Assembly (NCBI RefSeq): GCF_963921235.1
Contig: NC_086097.1
Span: 153,018,001 to 153,082,000, forward strand
Source of the DNA: Mobula hypostoma
Lineage: Eukaryota
Direction of reading: 5' to 3'
DNA length: 64,000 nucleotides
In this document: positions 33,360 to 45,796 of the stretch, piece by piece
How positions within the stretch are numbered: the stretch's first letter is position 1
Layout: every line of letters starts with the position of its first letter
Program-made: the position numbers and the translations under genes
Notes under the pieces: model-generated
Told to the model about the DNA's origin: nothing
Database searches by the model: none
The model's input: only the letters and a program-made list of their open reading frames with translations

Positions 33360-34905
33360 GAACTGAGCTGATTCAATGGATGTCTGCTAATGTTTCAGCT
33401 AAACATGATCATCCATTGGGAAACCTGACCCACCTTTACGACTTACGATGCAGAGGAATGCTCCTGAAAAGGGTGCCTTGACTAAAAAAATGACTGGTAT
33501 TTTCTATTACAACTATAGACATGATGGACATTTCAAGTGAGATTGTGAGGGACAGGAAAATCTTTGGAGAGTAAGCAGTGGTTGATCAAACAGTGAAGAA
33601 AAGGGGCCAAACCTTGAAGAGGCCCAGAAAGGAACAGGCTGGCATCTTAGAGAGGATACATTCCAATCAGTGTATCAAGGGAAATACTAAAGTTCAAAAT
33701 ACTATTCCTGAAGGTTTAATGGGACCACGCTCTGATACATCCATACAGACTGAAGGTGTTTATGTTAGAGTCATACTTGACACAGGTTCTCAAGTTACTT
33801 TGCTTTATAGATCCTTTTACAAATCGGTATTTGATGTATTTGCCATTGGCTGCACTCAGTGCTCATGACACTCTGGGACTTAGTACTGATGAGTACCTGT
33901 ATGATGGTTACTTGTCAGTGAAACTGTAGTTTTCAGAAGCTGATGTTGGAGTAACTGAGACTATTGACATATGCCCGGATCTGGTTGAAAAGGGTGGAGC
34001 TTCCATTTTTGTGGGAACAAATGCTTCCATTGTGGGAAGGCACTTGGAAGCATGCAAGGAGAGAAATGAAGAGAACTTTTGAAAACCTTGTGCATTCACC
34101 ATGTGTTCAGAGGTGCTGTAGAGAAGGTACAAGTTCCTCCTAACCAGGACAATAAGTAGAAACGAGGGACTGTGTGGTACACTCAGTCTAAATGTGTCAT
34201 GTTACATCCTGGAGGAATAACTAGAGTGACAGAAACCCCAAATTTGTGGGAATGCCCAGTGCCTTGTCCATCCAGATGAATGCTCCTGATGATCACAAAG
34301 AAGAATTACGCTTACCTGCAGGAGTGCTGATGAGACCTGAAATGCTGACACCTTCAGCTGTCTATGCAAACAGGATGACAGTGATTAGCAGGAATTCCTC
34401 AGGAAGAGATGTTGCCCTCAGACATGGGGTGGCGATTGCCCCTGTTTTTCCTGTGACAGCTGTGTCTAGTTTTTCAGGGGAAATGGAAGGGAAACGGTTT
34501 CCTGGATCGAGGAAGTTGACGTTGAAATCATGCAGCATTGGTGACTCATCGTTGCCTGAGGAATTGGAAAGGAGATGAACGAAGAAGATGCTGGAACATG
34601 AATAAGCCTTTTCTGCTGACGAGTCCGATGTTAGTTGCTCCAAAAGTACTTGCTACACCGTGAGAGTAACCAAAGGCACCCCTTTCTGAGAGAGGACTCA
34701 CCGGTTAGCACCAGCAGAGGCTGAAGATTTTCAGCAGCACCTGCTTAAACTGAAGCTCAGTCATGGAGCAGGGGGACCTGAGCCACTGGAAGGTATAAGT
34801 GACAGACAGGAAAGGTCACAAGGTGTGGTTGAAGCTAAAGTTGAGATACGGAGATCTCGGAGAGTCAGAAATCCCCTAGCTAGTACAGCACCTGCAAAAC
34901 AGTGT
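33360..34905 (+). mobile_element. Gypsy LTR-retrotransposon internal remnant (gag knuckle, protease, RT start; large internal deletion)
   Basis: Decayed CCHC knuckle FYYNYRHDGHFK*DC. Protease IPEGLMGP..VILDTGSQVTLL. Pre-RT TPF*ERTHRLAP. Terminal IRRSRRVRNP. Confidence 0.8.
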
Positions 34906-34911
34906 TATGTC

Positions 34912-35042
34912 TAGTCCTGATGAAGTGCCTCAGTCTGAAACGTCAACTGTACTCTTTTCCATAGATGCTACCTGGCCTGCTGAGTTCCTCCAGCATTTTG
35001 TGTGTGTTGCTTGGATTTCCAGCATCAGCAGATTTTCTCTTG
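34912..35042 (+). mobile_element. PLE terminal-repeat unit beginning at the hammerhead
   Basis: TAGTC-CTGATGA-A-GTGCCTCAGTCT-GAAAC-GTC-AACTG (core intact, stem II degraded), followed by the standard 3' body. Confidence 0.85.
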
Positions 35043-35048
35043 AAAATA

Positions 35049-35091
35049 TATTAGGTATATGAGGCACCTAATAAAGTGGCCATTGAATGTA
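35049..35091. mobile_element. Tc1-like mini-MITE remnant
   Basis: TATTAGGT..ACCTAATAAAGTGGCCATTGAATG-TA: one full TIR ending at TA plus part of the opposite TIR. Confidence 0.5.
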
Positions 35092-35468
35092 CATTATAAG
35101 AATGTTTTGTGTTGATTTCCCATGATTGGATTAATGCTTTTGTTAATCGATTCTAGATGTCAGAATCTGCTTCAGACTCTGTCTTCTTATTTAGGTTTGT
35201 GTTGTTCCTTATTTCTTTTTTGTATTTTCCTTAGGAGAACTCTTTCTCGAGGAACTTAATTGAGTCCATATCAGATTAAGTTACTTGTAAAACATCTTTC
35301 CATGTTCTACAATTGCCTTACCAATACAGAAATCAGGCCATTTTTCTGTGGTCAGTCTTCATTTCATTGCATGGGCATCAGCATTACCCAAGTCTAAGAT
35401 ACTTAAGAGTTTACCATTTCCCCTTTTTTAAAAACTGCCTTGAACGCAATATTTTGATCCTGTAGGAT

Positions 35469-35657
35469 GTTGTTGTTCCTCCCTCGTGGCTCATCGGGTG
35501 GGCAACCTTGCCGTTTCTTTAGCATTTTAGTCTGCTTTTAACAAGGCTAGCTTGACACTCCACTCAACACGAATGGAAAGCAAACAACCAGCCGGCTGGA
35601 TTCGAACCTGGGACCACCTCGAAGTCCGGTGTGGATGCCACTACAGCACTGGCCAGT
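35469..35657 (-). mobile_element. tRNA-derived SINE with (CAA)n tail, possibly RTE-mobilised
   Basis: Minus strand: A-box-like TGTAGTGG, perfect B box GGTTCGAATCC (35598-35608), 3' end GAGGAACAACAACA. Imperfect TSD TGTA(G/A)GATG(T/A)TGTT at 35461-35474 and 35659-35672. Confidence 0.75.
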
Positions 35658-35989
35658 GTGTAAGATGATGTTAAGTAGTATTGTTGTATACCCTGTAGGA
35701 TGAGGCTGACATTGGAAGAGAATCTTTTGTTGATGGCTGAATTACCACAGCGGCAGAGGGTAGATCATTTCTAGTATTCTGAGGTACTTCATATTGCCCA
35801 ATATCTATTGCAATTTGTAGAATGATTCAGCTGACAGTTGGTGTATTTTTTTTCTGAAGCTTAAGACAGTAATTTTAAGTGAAAGTGGCACTATTGTTTG
35901 GTTCATGGAAAAGGAAATCTGTGCAGTAAAATTGATTGAACTTCCCTTTGAAGCTAAGTATTTGCAGTAAATTCCTTGTTCATTTAGTT

Positions 35990-36065
35990 CAGTTATCAGA
36001 AAGCTCCCAGGTTCAATCTTCTGTCTGAGCTGAGTTAACTGAGATGAACTGGCAGCGATGGTTAG
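35990..36065 (+). mobile_element. Ancient SINE fragment resembling AmnSINE2
   Basis: CAGAAAGCTCCCAGGTTCAATCTTCTGTCTGAGCTGAGTTAACTGA resembles the AmnSINE2 B-box region as recalled. Not searched. Confidence 0.4.
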
Positions 36066-36459
36066 ATGAAAAATGTAATATAAATCTCTCAGCATATCAC
36101 ATACAGATTTTCTGAAAAAGTTTTAAAATTGGGCCATATGCATTCCACAGACTGATGAACCTGTCACTCTTTACTATTTAATATCAAACACTGTTCCACG
36201 CATTGGCTATCTGTTTTGCACATAGATCACGCTGCCAGCAGTTGCAAAATACTGTATCTGATCTGAAGATAATCTCTAAAACTCGAGTGTTTTTTCTATA
36301 TATGCACAGGAACAATCTTTGAGTTACTAGCTTGCAGCAATAACTCACTTTCATCATTTCCTCCACACAGTAAAAGCAAGCTTCAAAGAAGATGCTTTCG
36401 ACTCACTGTGAACAGCAATTCATTGTGGTGCAGATTGTTAGCAGCCTGCTTTCATGGGA

Positions 36460-36638
36460 TCAGGATGTCAAACTTCGCTTCTTTCTGGATAAAATTACAT
36501 TGTACAGGGTCTGTGCGATCGGTAAAAATAACTCTCAATGATGTGCATAGATGTAACTTTCCAAATGAATCATTATTAACTACCTGCTCTTTTTCTCAAT
36601 TGTCTTCTCTTTCCTTGGTGTACCCTCCACCCTCTGGC
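36460..36638 (-). CDS. Candidate last two coding exons of an unidentified gene (36638-36584; 36484-36460)
   Basis: Acceptor CTCTCACTTTTATGCTAG|G, a 55-nt purine-rich exon, donor CAG|GTAGTT, a 99-nt intron, acceptor ATTTTATCCAG. Spliced frame xQRVEGTPRKEKTIEKKSRKKRSLTS*. ATTAAA at 36182-36177. Confidence 0.3.
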
Positions 36639-37496
36639 CTAGCATAAAAGTGAGAGCTCTTTCTAAAGGCACATTTGTAACAAAGCTCACATGCTAAATC
36701 TAATGTCGAGGTTTAGCCAATCAATCCGAAGTCATAGACATAAAATATCCAGTCATAGCAACCTTGTCCTACTCAGCTGATGTGCATTAGTACTCAGTAT
36801 TTCTGGCCTTATTTGTGTTCAAACATTTTTTTATCGCTTTGATGTGAGGATGTTCTGAAGTCAGTTGTTGCATCTTTGTTGCTAGTCTGAGAGAAATTCA
36901 CCTGACTCAACATGAGGCTTTCTGGTACTGCACATCCTTAAAGCTGCACATAGTTAATTTATTTATTAAATCATCAGGGGATATGTTTTATCTGTTCCTG
37001 TAAAATCTCTGGTCTATTACTCCCAAAATCCACATACTACCATTTATATTTCCCTGTGAAGTTGTATAGAAACATCGAACAATGTGGTATCATAATAACA
37101 AGATTTATTATGTGTGGCTATATGTGATTTCCCTGGTAGAAATAACACTTGGTTTGTTAGCTATCAAACAAGTTTTAAAACTGCAATAAGCTATGAAAGA
37201 TACAAAAAAGGGAACTGAATGTGAAGTATTTCATGTCATTCAGTTATGTTGCAACTCAGAATGGAGACTCTCAGAATCTCCGCCTCAGCGGCAGCTACAA
37301 AAGAAATTTTAAACAGAGATAGATTTCAAGGACTGGAGTGACCAGCACAGATATGATGGACCAAGTAACTTTTTTAACATGCTAATTCTTTTAAATGATT
37401 ATCATAAGTTACATTCTTCAGCTTGTTTTTGTTCCTATCCGCTGTGGGAACCTACAAGAAGATGTGAATAATATATTATTGATTTGAAACCAAATA

Positions 37497-37832
37497 TCCT
37501 CCGGAAGAAGGCTCAGGAGCTTGAAGACTCTTACAATCAAATTTGGGAACAGCTTCTTTCCAATTGTGATAAGACTACTGAACGGATCTGGGCCGTACCC
37601 TCCAAATATCCTGACCTGCCTCTCGGTTTTTTGCACTACCTTACTTTCCATTTTTCTATTTTCTATTTATGATATATAATTAAAAATTTTAATATTTACT
37701 AATTTTTACTATTTTTAATATTTATTATTTGTAATCCAGGGAGCAGAAAGCGCAGAATCAAATATCGCTGTGATGATTGTACGTTCTAGTATCAATTGTT
37801 TGGCGACAATAAAGTATAAAGCATAAAGTAAA
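37497..37832 (+). mobile_element. Rex1/Babar 3' end
   Basis: SGRRLRSLKTLTIKFGNSFFPIVIRLLN. Tail AATAAAGTATAAAGCATAAAGTA. Confidence 0.8.
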
Positions 37833-39365
37833 CTGCTGTCCTTATGTCATTCTGTGGTATGGTGCCAATCCATTCTGAAATATCCAGCATGCCATTGACT
37901 TTACTGGCTTTTGGACAAGAGGAGATTTTAGTGGTAGCTGTACCTCCTTTGTTTATCTCCCTTTCATCTTCAATGACAGAGCATTTTGTCATTTTGGTTC
38001 TCTGAGACTCTTCTGATAATTCCATTCTACTGTTTCTATTTCACATCTTTGAAGGCCTGGGAAATCTTTTCCCTGCTCCTACACCATCAGCTTTTCAAAA
38101 ATGTTTATTTACTAATGTCTGCATCTAACTTTGCCTTGGTGAAATGTCTCTAACATCTGAAATATTAAGGACACTATATAAAAGGAAGATATTTTGTCTG
38201 CACTTTATTGAATGGATAATAGTGAAAAAATAAAGTTCACACAACAAGGCAGCACTGTGGTGACTTAAACCAAGTGATAGCACCCATTGATAAAAAGGAG
38301 AAAACTATGCAGAATTGCAAAGTTTAGCTCACACTTGTTATTGTCACTGTGGGAATCAACCTGCATTTAATATTTCAGTGGATATATTTACAGTCCTTCA
38401 GTTGATGATTTACTGCTAATTAACTATTATGAACATAAGGCTCCTCAACCACAATCTGTTTACATCTGGCCTCCAAGTCACTTTGTCAAAGACTGAAGGA
38501 CAGCCAGTTGAAGGATCCATGGGGAGAACGGACTCAAGGACGTTTTATGGAAATTAGATCATCCTCAAAGCAGATGTAATACTAACAGTACAACACATTT
38601 GCAATGAGAAAGATGACAAGGTGACAAAGATGACCCTTCTTCATACTTTCCAACAATCAAAGGAGATTGGACATGTGGTGAATCATGACAAAGGGTACAG
38701 TAATCCAAAGACAAAATACTGCCATGTACAGCACTGGCCAGGAGGTACAATACAAAAGATCATCCTCATCGCACTAGGAAAGACACAGTTTAGTGACCAA
38801 CAAGCAGGGGGCCTCACCTTTTGAGAGTCAGCTTTGCTTACTAGGGAAGTGCAGCTGTCATATTTAACTGTCATGAAACTAAATGGGGCCAAGACAGATT
38901 TGAAGGCTACTAGGATTAAAACTAGAGTCTACTTGGCTGAGGAAAATATATTGAAAATATTAATAACTTTAACAAATAAGTTAAGATTATGAGATACAAA
39001 TGCTAAAGATATTAGATAATTGAAAAGAAACTGAGACATTTTTGCTGTTGGATAATCAGTTGACACAATCTATATCTAATGCAATGATTGAATAAAGCAA
39101 TAAATTTAAATATGTTCCAAAATGAAGCCAAGTGGCTTGCAATGTACATTTGACAAACTGTTTCCAATGATATGGATTAGTGCATCTGCCTCTTGACCCC
39201 GGCGTGTGTTGCTCTGTTCTCATAGCTGCATGTGATCTGCATCCAGTCATTTGTCGTAGTGTGCATGACTTTGGTTGTATATCCAACTGCGCCCTACACT
39301 TGGTTATGAGCACCTTCTCCAAATATCCTTCTCCATTATCATGTGCTCCTTCTATGACTGCTTTA

Positions 39366-42300
39366 AGATTTGGTGCAGGGGGCAGGGGATCAGATTTCTG
39401 GATCATTGGAATCTCTTCTGGGGAAGGTCTGACATGTACAAAAAGGACAGGCTGCACCTGAACGGGAAAGGGACCAATATCCTGGCAGGCAGGTTTGCTA
39501 GAGCTGTTGGGGAGGGTTTAAACTAGTTTGGCAGGGGCGTGGGAATCAGAATGTGAGTGCAGAGATTAGTGTAGAAGGACAGGGGCATGATGCTATGTGT
39601 TCTGAGTTGGTGAGGAAGGACAGGCAGGGGATAAAACATAAATCTAGCCTGTTAGAGCGGTTGAAATATGCCTATTTCAATGCTAGGAGTATTAGGAATA
39701 AAGAGGATGAACCTAGAGCATGGATCAGTATGTGGAATTGCGACGTTGTGGCCATTACTGAAACTTGGCTGGAGGAAGGGCAGGATTGGCTGATGCAGGT
39801 GCTGGGGTTTAGGTGCTTTAAAAGGAATAGGATGGGAGGTAGAAAAGGCGGGGGGGGGGGAAGTAGCATTACTGGTCAGGGATAGTATAATGGCTATAGA
39901 AAGGGAGGATGCTGCAGAGGGAGTGTCCACTGAGTCGGTGTGGGTGGAAGTCAGAAATAGGAAGGGATCAATCACTGTGCTGGGAGTAGTCTATAGGCCC
40001 CCAAATAGCCCTCGGGGCACTGAGGAGCAGATAAGCAGGCAGATTTTAGAATGGTGCAGGAAATACAGGGTTGTAGTTATGGGTGATTTCAACTTCCCTC
40101 ATATTGACTGGCACCTCCTGACTGCAAGGGGGATAGATGGGGCTGAATTTGTTAGGTGTGTTCAAGAAGGATTCCTGACACAGTATGTAGGCTGGTCAAT
40201 GAGAGGAGAGGCCATACTGGATCTAGTTCGGGGTAATGAACCTGGTCAGGTGGAAGACCTCTTGGTGGGTGAGCATTTTGGTGAGAGTGACCACAACTCC
40301 CTTAGCTTCAGCATAGCTATGGAAAAGGATAAAAACAGACAAAATGGGAAGGTGCTTAACTGGGGAAGGGCTAACAATGAAGGGATGAGGCAGGAACTAA
40401 CAAGAGTAAATTGGAAACAGATGTTTAAGGGTGAAAGCACAGAAGTAATGTGGAGGAAGTTTAGGGGCCACTTGTGCTGGGTTCAGGATAGGTTTGTCCC
40501 ACTGAGAGAAGGAAAAAATGGTAGGAAAAGGGAACCGTGGCTGATGAAACACGTGAGGCAACTCGTCAAGAGGAAGAAGGAAGCATATGTTAGATATAAG
40601 AAGCAGGAAGCAGGAGGGGCTCATTAGAAATATAGGGTAGCTAGGAAGGAGCTTATGAAAGGACGTAGGAGAGCTTGAAGGGAGCATGAGAAGGCCTTGG
40701 CGTGTAGGATTGAGGAGAACCCCAAGGCATTCTATGCGTATGTGAAGAACAGAAGGATGACAAGAATGAAGGTGGGGCCGCTAAAGGATAAAGAAGTTAA
40801 CATGTACCTGGAGGCGGAGGAGGTTGGGGAGGTCCTAAATGGATACTTTGCTTCAGTAATCACAAGTGAAAAGGACCTTGATCAGGGTGAGGTCGAAATG
40901 GAACAGGCCTGTGTGCTGGACAATGTGGAGATTAAGGAAGAAGAAATGTTGGATCATCTTAAAAATATCAGGATTGATAAGTCCCCAGGGCTGGACATGA
41001 TATACCCTAGGTTGCTGTGGAAAGTGAGAGAAGAGATCACTGGAGCAGTAGCTATGATATTTGAATCCTCTTTGGCTGCAGGGGAGGTGTCGGAGGATTG
41101 GAGAATGGCAAATGTAGTTCCCTTGTTTAAAAAAGATTAATAGGGAGAATCCTGGGAACTATAGACTGGTGAGTCTTACGTCGGTGGTCTGCAAACTATT
41201 GGAAAGGATTCTTAAGAATAGGATCTATGAGCACTTGGAGAAGTACAGTCTACTCAAGGATAGTCAACATGACTTTGTGAAGGGAAGTCCATGCCTCACG
41301 AGCCTACTTGAGTTTTTTGAAGAGGTAACAAAAGAAATTGATGAGGAAAGGCCGGTAGATGTAGTCGACATGGATTTTCACAAGGCATTTGACAAGGTCC
41401 CCCACGAGACACTCATCCAGAAAGTCATGAGGCATGGGATCAGTGGAACCTTGGCTGTTTGGATAACAAATTGGCTTAAAGGAAGAAAGCAGAGGGTAGT
41501 AGTGGAAGGAAAGTATTCTGCCTGGAGGTTGGTGACTAGTGGAGTGCCGCAAGGAACCTTCCTGGGACCCCTGCTCTTTGTGATTTTTATAAATGACCCG
41601 GATGAAGAGGCGGAAGGATGGGTGAGTAAGTTTGCGGATGACACGAAGATTGGAGGAGTTGTGGATGGAGCTGTAGGTTGTCGAAGGTTACAAGAAGATA
41701 TAGACAGGAAGCAGATTTGGGCAGAAAAGTGGCAGATGGCGTTCAATCCAAATAAGTGTGAGGTGATGCAATTTGGAAGGACAAACTAGAAGGCTGAGTA
41801 CAGGGTTAATGGTCGGTTACTTAAGAGTGTGGATGAACAGAGGGACATTGGGGTTCAAATCCATACATCCCTCAAGGTTGCTGCACAGGTTGATGGGATA
41901 GTTAAGAAGGCCTATGGGATGCTACGCTTCATTAATAGGGGGATTGAATTCAAGAGTAGAGAGTTCATGTTGCAACTCTACAAATCTCTGGTGAGACCAC
42001 AAAGAGTATTGTGTTTAATTCTGGTCACCTCATTAGTGGAAGGATGTGGAAGCTATGGAGAAGGTCCAGAGGAGATTTACCAGGATGTTGCCTGGATTGG
42101 AAAACAAGTCTTATGAGGCAAGGTTAGCAGAGCTGGGTCTTTTCCCTTTGGAGCGTGGAAGGATGAAAGGGGACTTGATAGAGGTCTACAAGACCATGAG
42201 AAGCATAGATAGGGTGGATAGCCAGTACCTGTTTCCCAGAGCACAAATAGCAAACACCAGAGGGCATTTGTACAAAGTTAAGGGAAGGAAGTTTAGGGGA

Positions 42301-42534
42301 GACATCAGGGGTAAGTTTTTTACACAGAGGGTTGTGGGTGCCTGGAATGACTTGCCAGGGATGGTGATGGAGGCTAAAACATTAGGGGTTTTTTAAGAGC
42401 TTCTTGGACAGGAACATGGATGAAAGAAAAATAGAGGGTTACGGGGTACTTCTTTTTTAAGGAATATATGGGTCAGCACAACATCGAGGGCCGAAGGGCC
42501 TGCACTGTGCTATAGTATTCTAGTGTCTAGTGTC
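39366..42534 (+). mobile_element. CR1 LINE: ORF1 end plus almost complete ORF2, relatively young
   Basis: [57 protein letters not shown]. Tail (TAGTGTC)n. A few stops and frameshifts. Confidence 0.95.
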
Positions 42535-42837
42535 CACTGGCTTTTTATCCTCATTCTGGACACGTATCCTACTGTGTTCTGTATCTGGCCACGTCCTGTT
42601 ACAAAGGTTCACATGCCTACCACCTGGGTTATTCTCTGATTACATGCTCTTTTCTGGCTCCAGATCCCACCAGGATATCTTTTAGTTTCTGACCTGTCTC
42701 CAGTCACATCATGTCTGTGGTCATACCTCTTGTTATTTTCTCAGTGATGCTTTGAATCATAGTACATCCTTAAGGCAGAGGTCATACATACTTGATAAAT
42801 AACACTAAATGAAGATTAACATGGGTAGCTGGGAATA

Positions 42838-43599
42838 TCAAGTTCAAGTCCTTCAACCACACATGAATACCCATGAATACAGCAAAACGAAACAGCTTTC
42901 CTCTGGGGCCAAGGTGCAAAACACAGTACTGACAGACATACCTGGCACAAGGCACATATAGCACATATAAGATAGCAGTAAACATAAAGTATCACAAAAA
43001 ATATATAGTCAAATTTTGTGAGCCCATGGATGTTGTTGGCAAGAACAAGCCTGAAGCCAGTCTGCAGACTGTGACAAAAGACCGAGTTATCAGAAGATTG
43101 ATGCCGATAAGAGAGTCAATAGGGAAACATTCAAAATGCTCATATGAGAGACGAGAGAGTTTAACGAAAAGAGACACAGTTCCGAGTATTGTCAGACCGG
43201 TTGCGTTGAACCTGAACTGTTTGAAGTTTGATGGACAGGCGATACCCCAGCAAGGGGATAAAAGAAACAGGTTCACTAAGGCAAGCGACACACCATGACA
43301 CCACGAGATAACGAAACCCTGGAAGTGCATTGTGCCCCCCCCAACAAGTTGGTGGAAGTTTTGGAGGTCTGGTCGCGGGACCGACCATAGACGCACAGGG
43401 TGAAAAGGTACGATCGGCGGGAACCTGGTGTGTGTGTCCGCCCTCGCCTGGGTGCCGGGTTCACCGCAGAAGAACGATCGTATCCGGAATGGAGGGGTCA
43501 CAGTCAGTGACTTCAGAAGACACTACAAAGGGCTCGCCCAAAAGCTAACTGCGAGGAATATCAAAGGTCTGTTTGAATCCGATTTGAATATCATCATTC

Positions 43600-43633
<34 letters not shown>

Positions 43634-43970
43634 ATCCCCCCCCCAACGGCACAACAGCGATTACTGCGAACTGAACTAAATGAACTGAACTCTGCGTCAC
43701 TTGAGACTGATCATTTTACCCCTAGACTGCAATAAGGCTTGATTGATCCTATTATCCTAGTTCTGTGTACATGTGTGTTTTATCATTGCTAACCTGTTGC
43801 ATTTATATCCTTACTATCAGAGCACTGTGTTACTTATTTCTTTAATAAAACTTTCTTAGTTCCAGTAATCCAGACTCCAACTAAGTGGTCCATTTCTGCT
43901 GGTTTGGCAACCCAGTTACGGGGTACGTAACAAGACAAACGCACAATCCAGCTTGTTTTCCACCAAGCAA
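42838..43970 (-). mobile_element. Non-autonomous tail-bearing element (family B), interrupted by a solo LTR
   Basis: TCAAGTTCAAG..TTCAACCACACATGAATAC..GGCCAAGGTGCAAAACACAGTAC, shared with 45205, 58410 and 63740. Resumes as ..ACAATCCAGCTTGTTTTCC after the LTR. Confidence 0.7.
43070..43932 (+). mobile_element. Solo LTR (863 bp)
   Basis: TGTGAC...GTAACA ends, 4-bp TSD AGAC (43066-43069, 43933-43936), AATAAA at 43844, (CT)n at about 43598-43633, CpG-rich. Confidence 0.88.
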
Positions 43971-45204
43971 AAACTGTAGTAGAATAATGTCTTTATCTTG
44001 TTTGGATGCTTTCACTTCCGTTCACTGTTAAATCTACAGTTTATACAGCATGTTTTATCGTGAAATAGCATTAAAAAATAGGTCAGGAAAACATACGTGA
44101 CCTCAGTTGTAGCACAGATTAGGCCTCATGCTGCGATGCTGCCAGTTGCAGCCGCTCACAAAGGTGATACCGGAAGCTTGTGGAAATGGAATTGAGGTTA
44201 CAGGCAGATTACCCATGATCTTATTACATGGTGTAGCAGACTTGAGAGACTTAGAGGCCTTCTTCTAATATGAATTTATATGCTTGTACATTCTTATATC
44301 TCAACAATAATCATATGCCTGGCTTCAGTTTGTGTGCATTCCATCTCATCATTTGTCCTGCAGTTATGCGCAAGCCTGTGGTCTACCTCTGGTACAGTAT
44401 CCATGTCCTAATTCTGATGCACTTACAGCATACCTCCTGACACTGGATGTGTGTCTTAGCAGAGTCCTGGATATAATCGCATGTCTGATCTCAGGTCATG
44501 GTTCCTGCTTTCTATTGGCTGTAGCACCATTTGTTTTTCAAACCTATTGTTTCATTATCTTTATGAGTAGTTGAGGGGATTAGGAAGAAATTATCTGGCT
44601 TCATAAAGGACATAGGAGTAGAATTAGGCTATTCAACCCATCGAGTCTGCTCTGCCATTCCACCATGGCTGATTTATTTATTTTCCTTCTCAATCCCAGT
44701 ATCCTGACTTCTCCCCTGTAACCTTTAATACCCTGATAAATCAGGAAACTATCAACTTCCACTTTAAATATACTCAATGACTTTGATGACTTGACCTGCA
44801 TAGCTGTCTGTGGCAATAAATTCCACAAATTCTCTACACTCTGGCTAAAGAAATTCCTCCTCATCTTTGCTTTAAATGGACATGCCAATATTCTGAGGCT
44901 GTGCCGTCTGGTCCTGGACTCACCCACTATAAAAAACATCCCCTCCATATCCACCCATCTAGACCTTTCAATATTGGATAGTTTGCAATGAGATCCATCC
45001 TCAGTCTTCTAAATTCTAGCAAGTATGGGCTCTGCACCATCATGCGCTCCTCATATGTTAATCCTATCATTTGTGCGAACCTCCTCTGGACCCTCTCCAA
45101 TGCTTTTCTTAGATAAGGAGCACAAAATTACACACAATGCTCCAAGTATTGTCTGACCTGTCTCTTCAAGAGCCTCAGCTCCTTATATTCTATTCCCCTC
45201 AAAA

Positions 45205-45600
45205 TTTAATTCAATTCAAGTTTAATTATCATTCAACCATACATGAATACTCATGAATACAACCAAATGAGATAGCATTATGCTGTGGCCAAGCTGTAAA
45301 GCACAGTACCAACAATCACGCACAGCACAAACCACATAGAGCATATATAAGATATAAAGATACAGGCACACGATAAAGGAGACCAGCTGGAGCCATCCAA
45401 TGTTGCAGAAATCTGCAGACAACCACAATAGAGCTTGTCTTCTGCTGAGCTGACACACTGGTGGTGGCGGGGGGCTGGGTGCAGGGGTGGAGCGCACTGG
45501 TTCTGATGCCTCCCTCCTGGTGGCTGTAAATAGGCGACTCCATAACTTGAGGCCTGGTCCTCACACTTAAAATACAGCAAGCACACAAAGGATATGAGTA
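45205..45600 (-). mobile_element. Family B element
   Basis: TTCAATTCAAGTTTAATTATCATTCAACCATACATGAATAC..GGCCAAGCTGTAAAGCACAGTACC, with a non-coding GC-rich body. Confidence 0.7.
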
Positions 45601-45796
45601 AAATACAACATCGCTAACTATCTATTTATCGATCTATCTATCTATATATATATATATAAATGATGGCATTGTATTTGCCTTCCTTACCAATGACTCAATT
45701 ATGCAACTTAAACTTTGGGGAATCCTGCATAAGGAGTCCCAATTCCCCTAGGACCTCTGACTTTTGAATATTTCTCCCAATTTAGAAAACAGTCTA

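Noticed and set aside
35590..35657. tRNA gene
   Set aside because: A and B boxes are present, but it is the head of a TSD-flanked SINE and no convincing cloverleaf is visible.
37792..38090. 77-aa minus-strand ORF
   Set aside because: It starts in what looks like a very decayed CR1 fragment and ends in a Rex tail.
42992..43679. Cluster of overlapping ORFs (up to 169 aa)
   Set aside because: They fall inside the GC-rich solo LTR and show no protein motifs.
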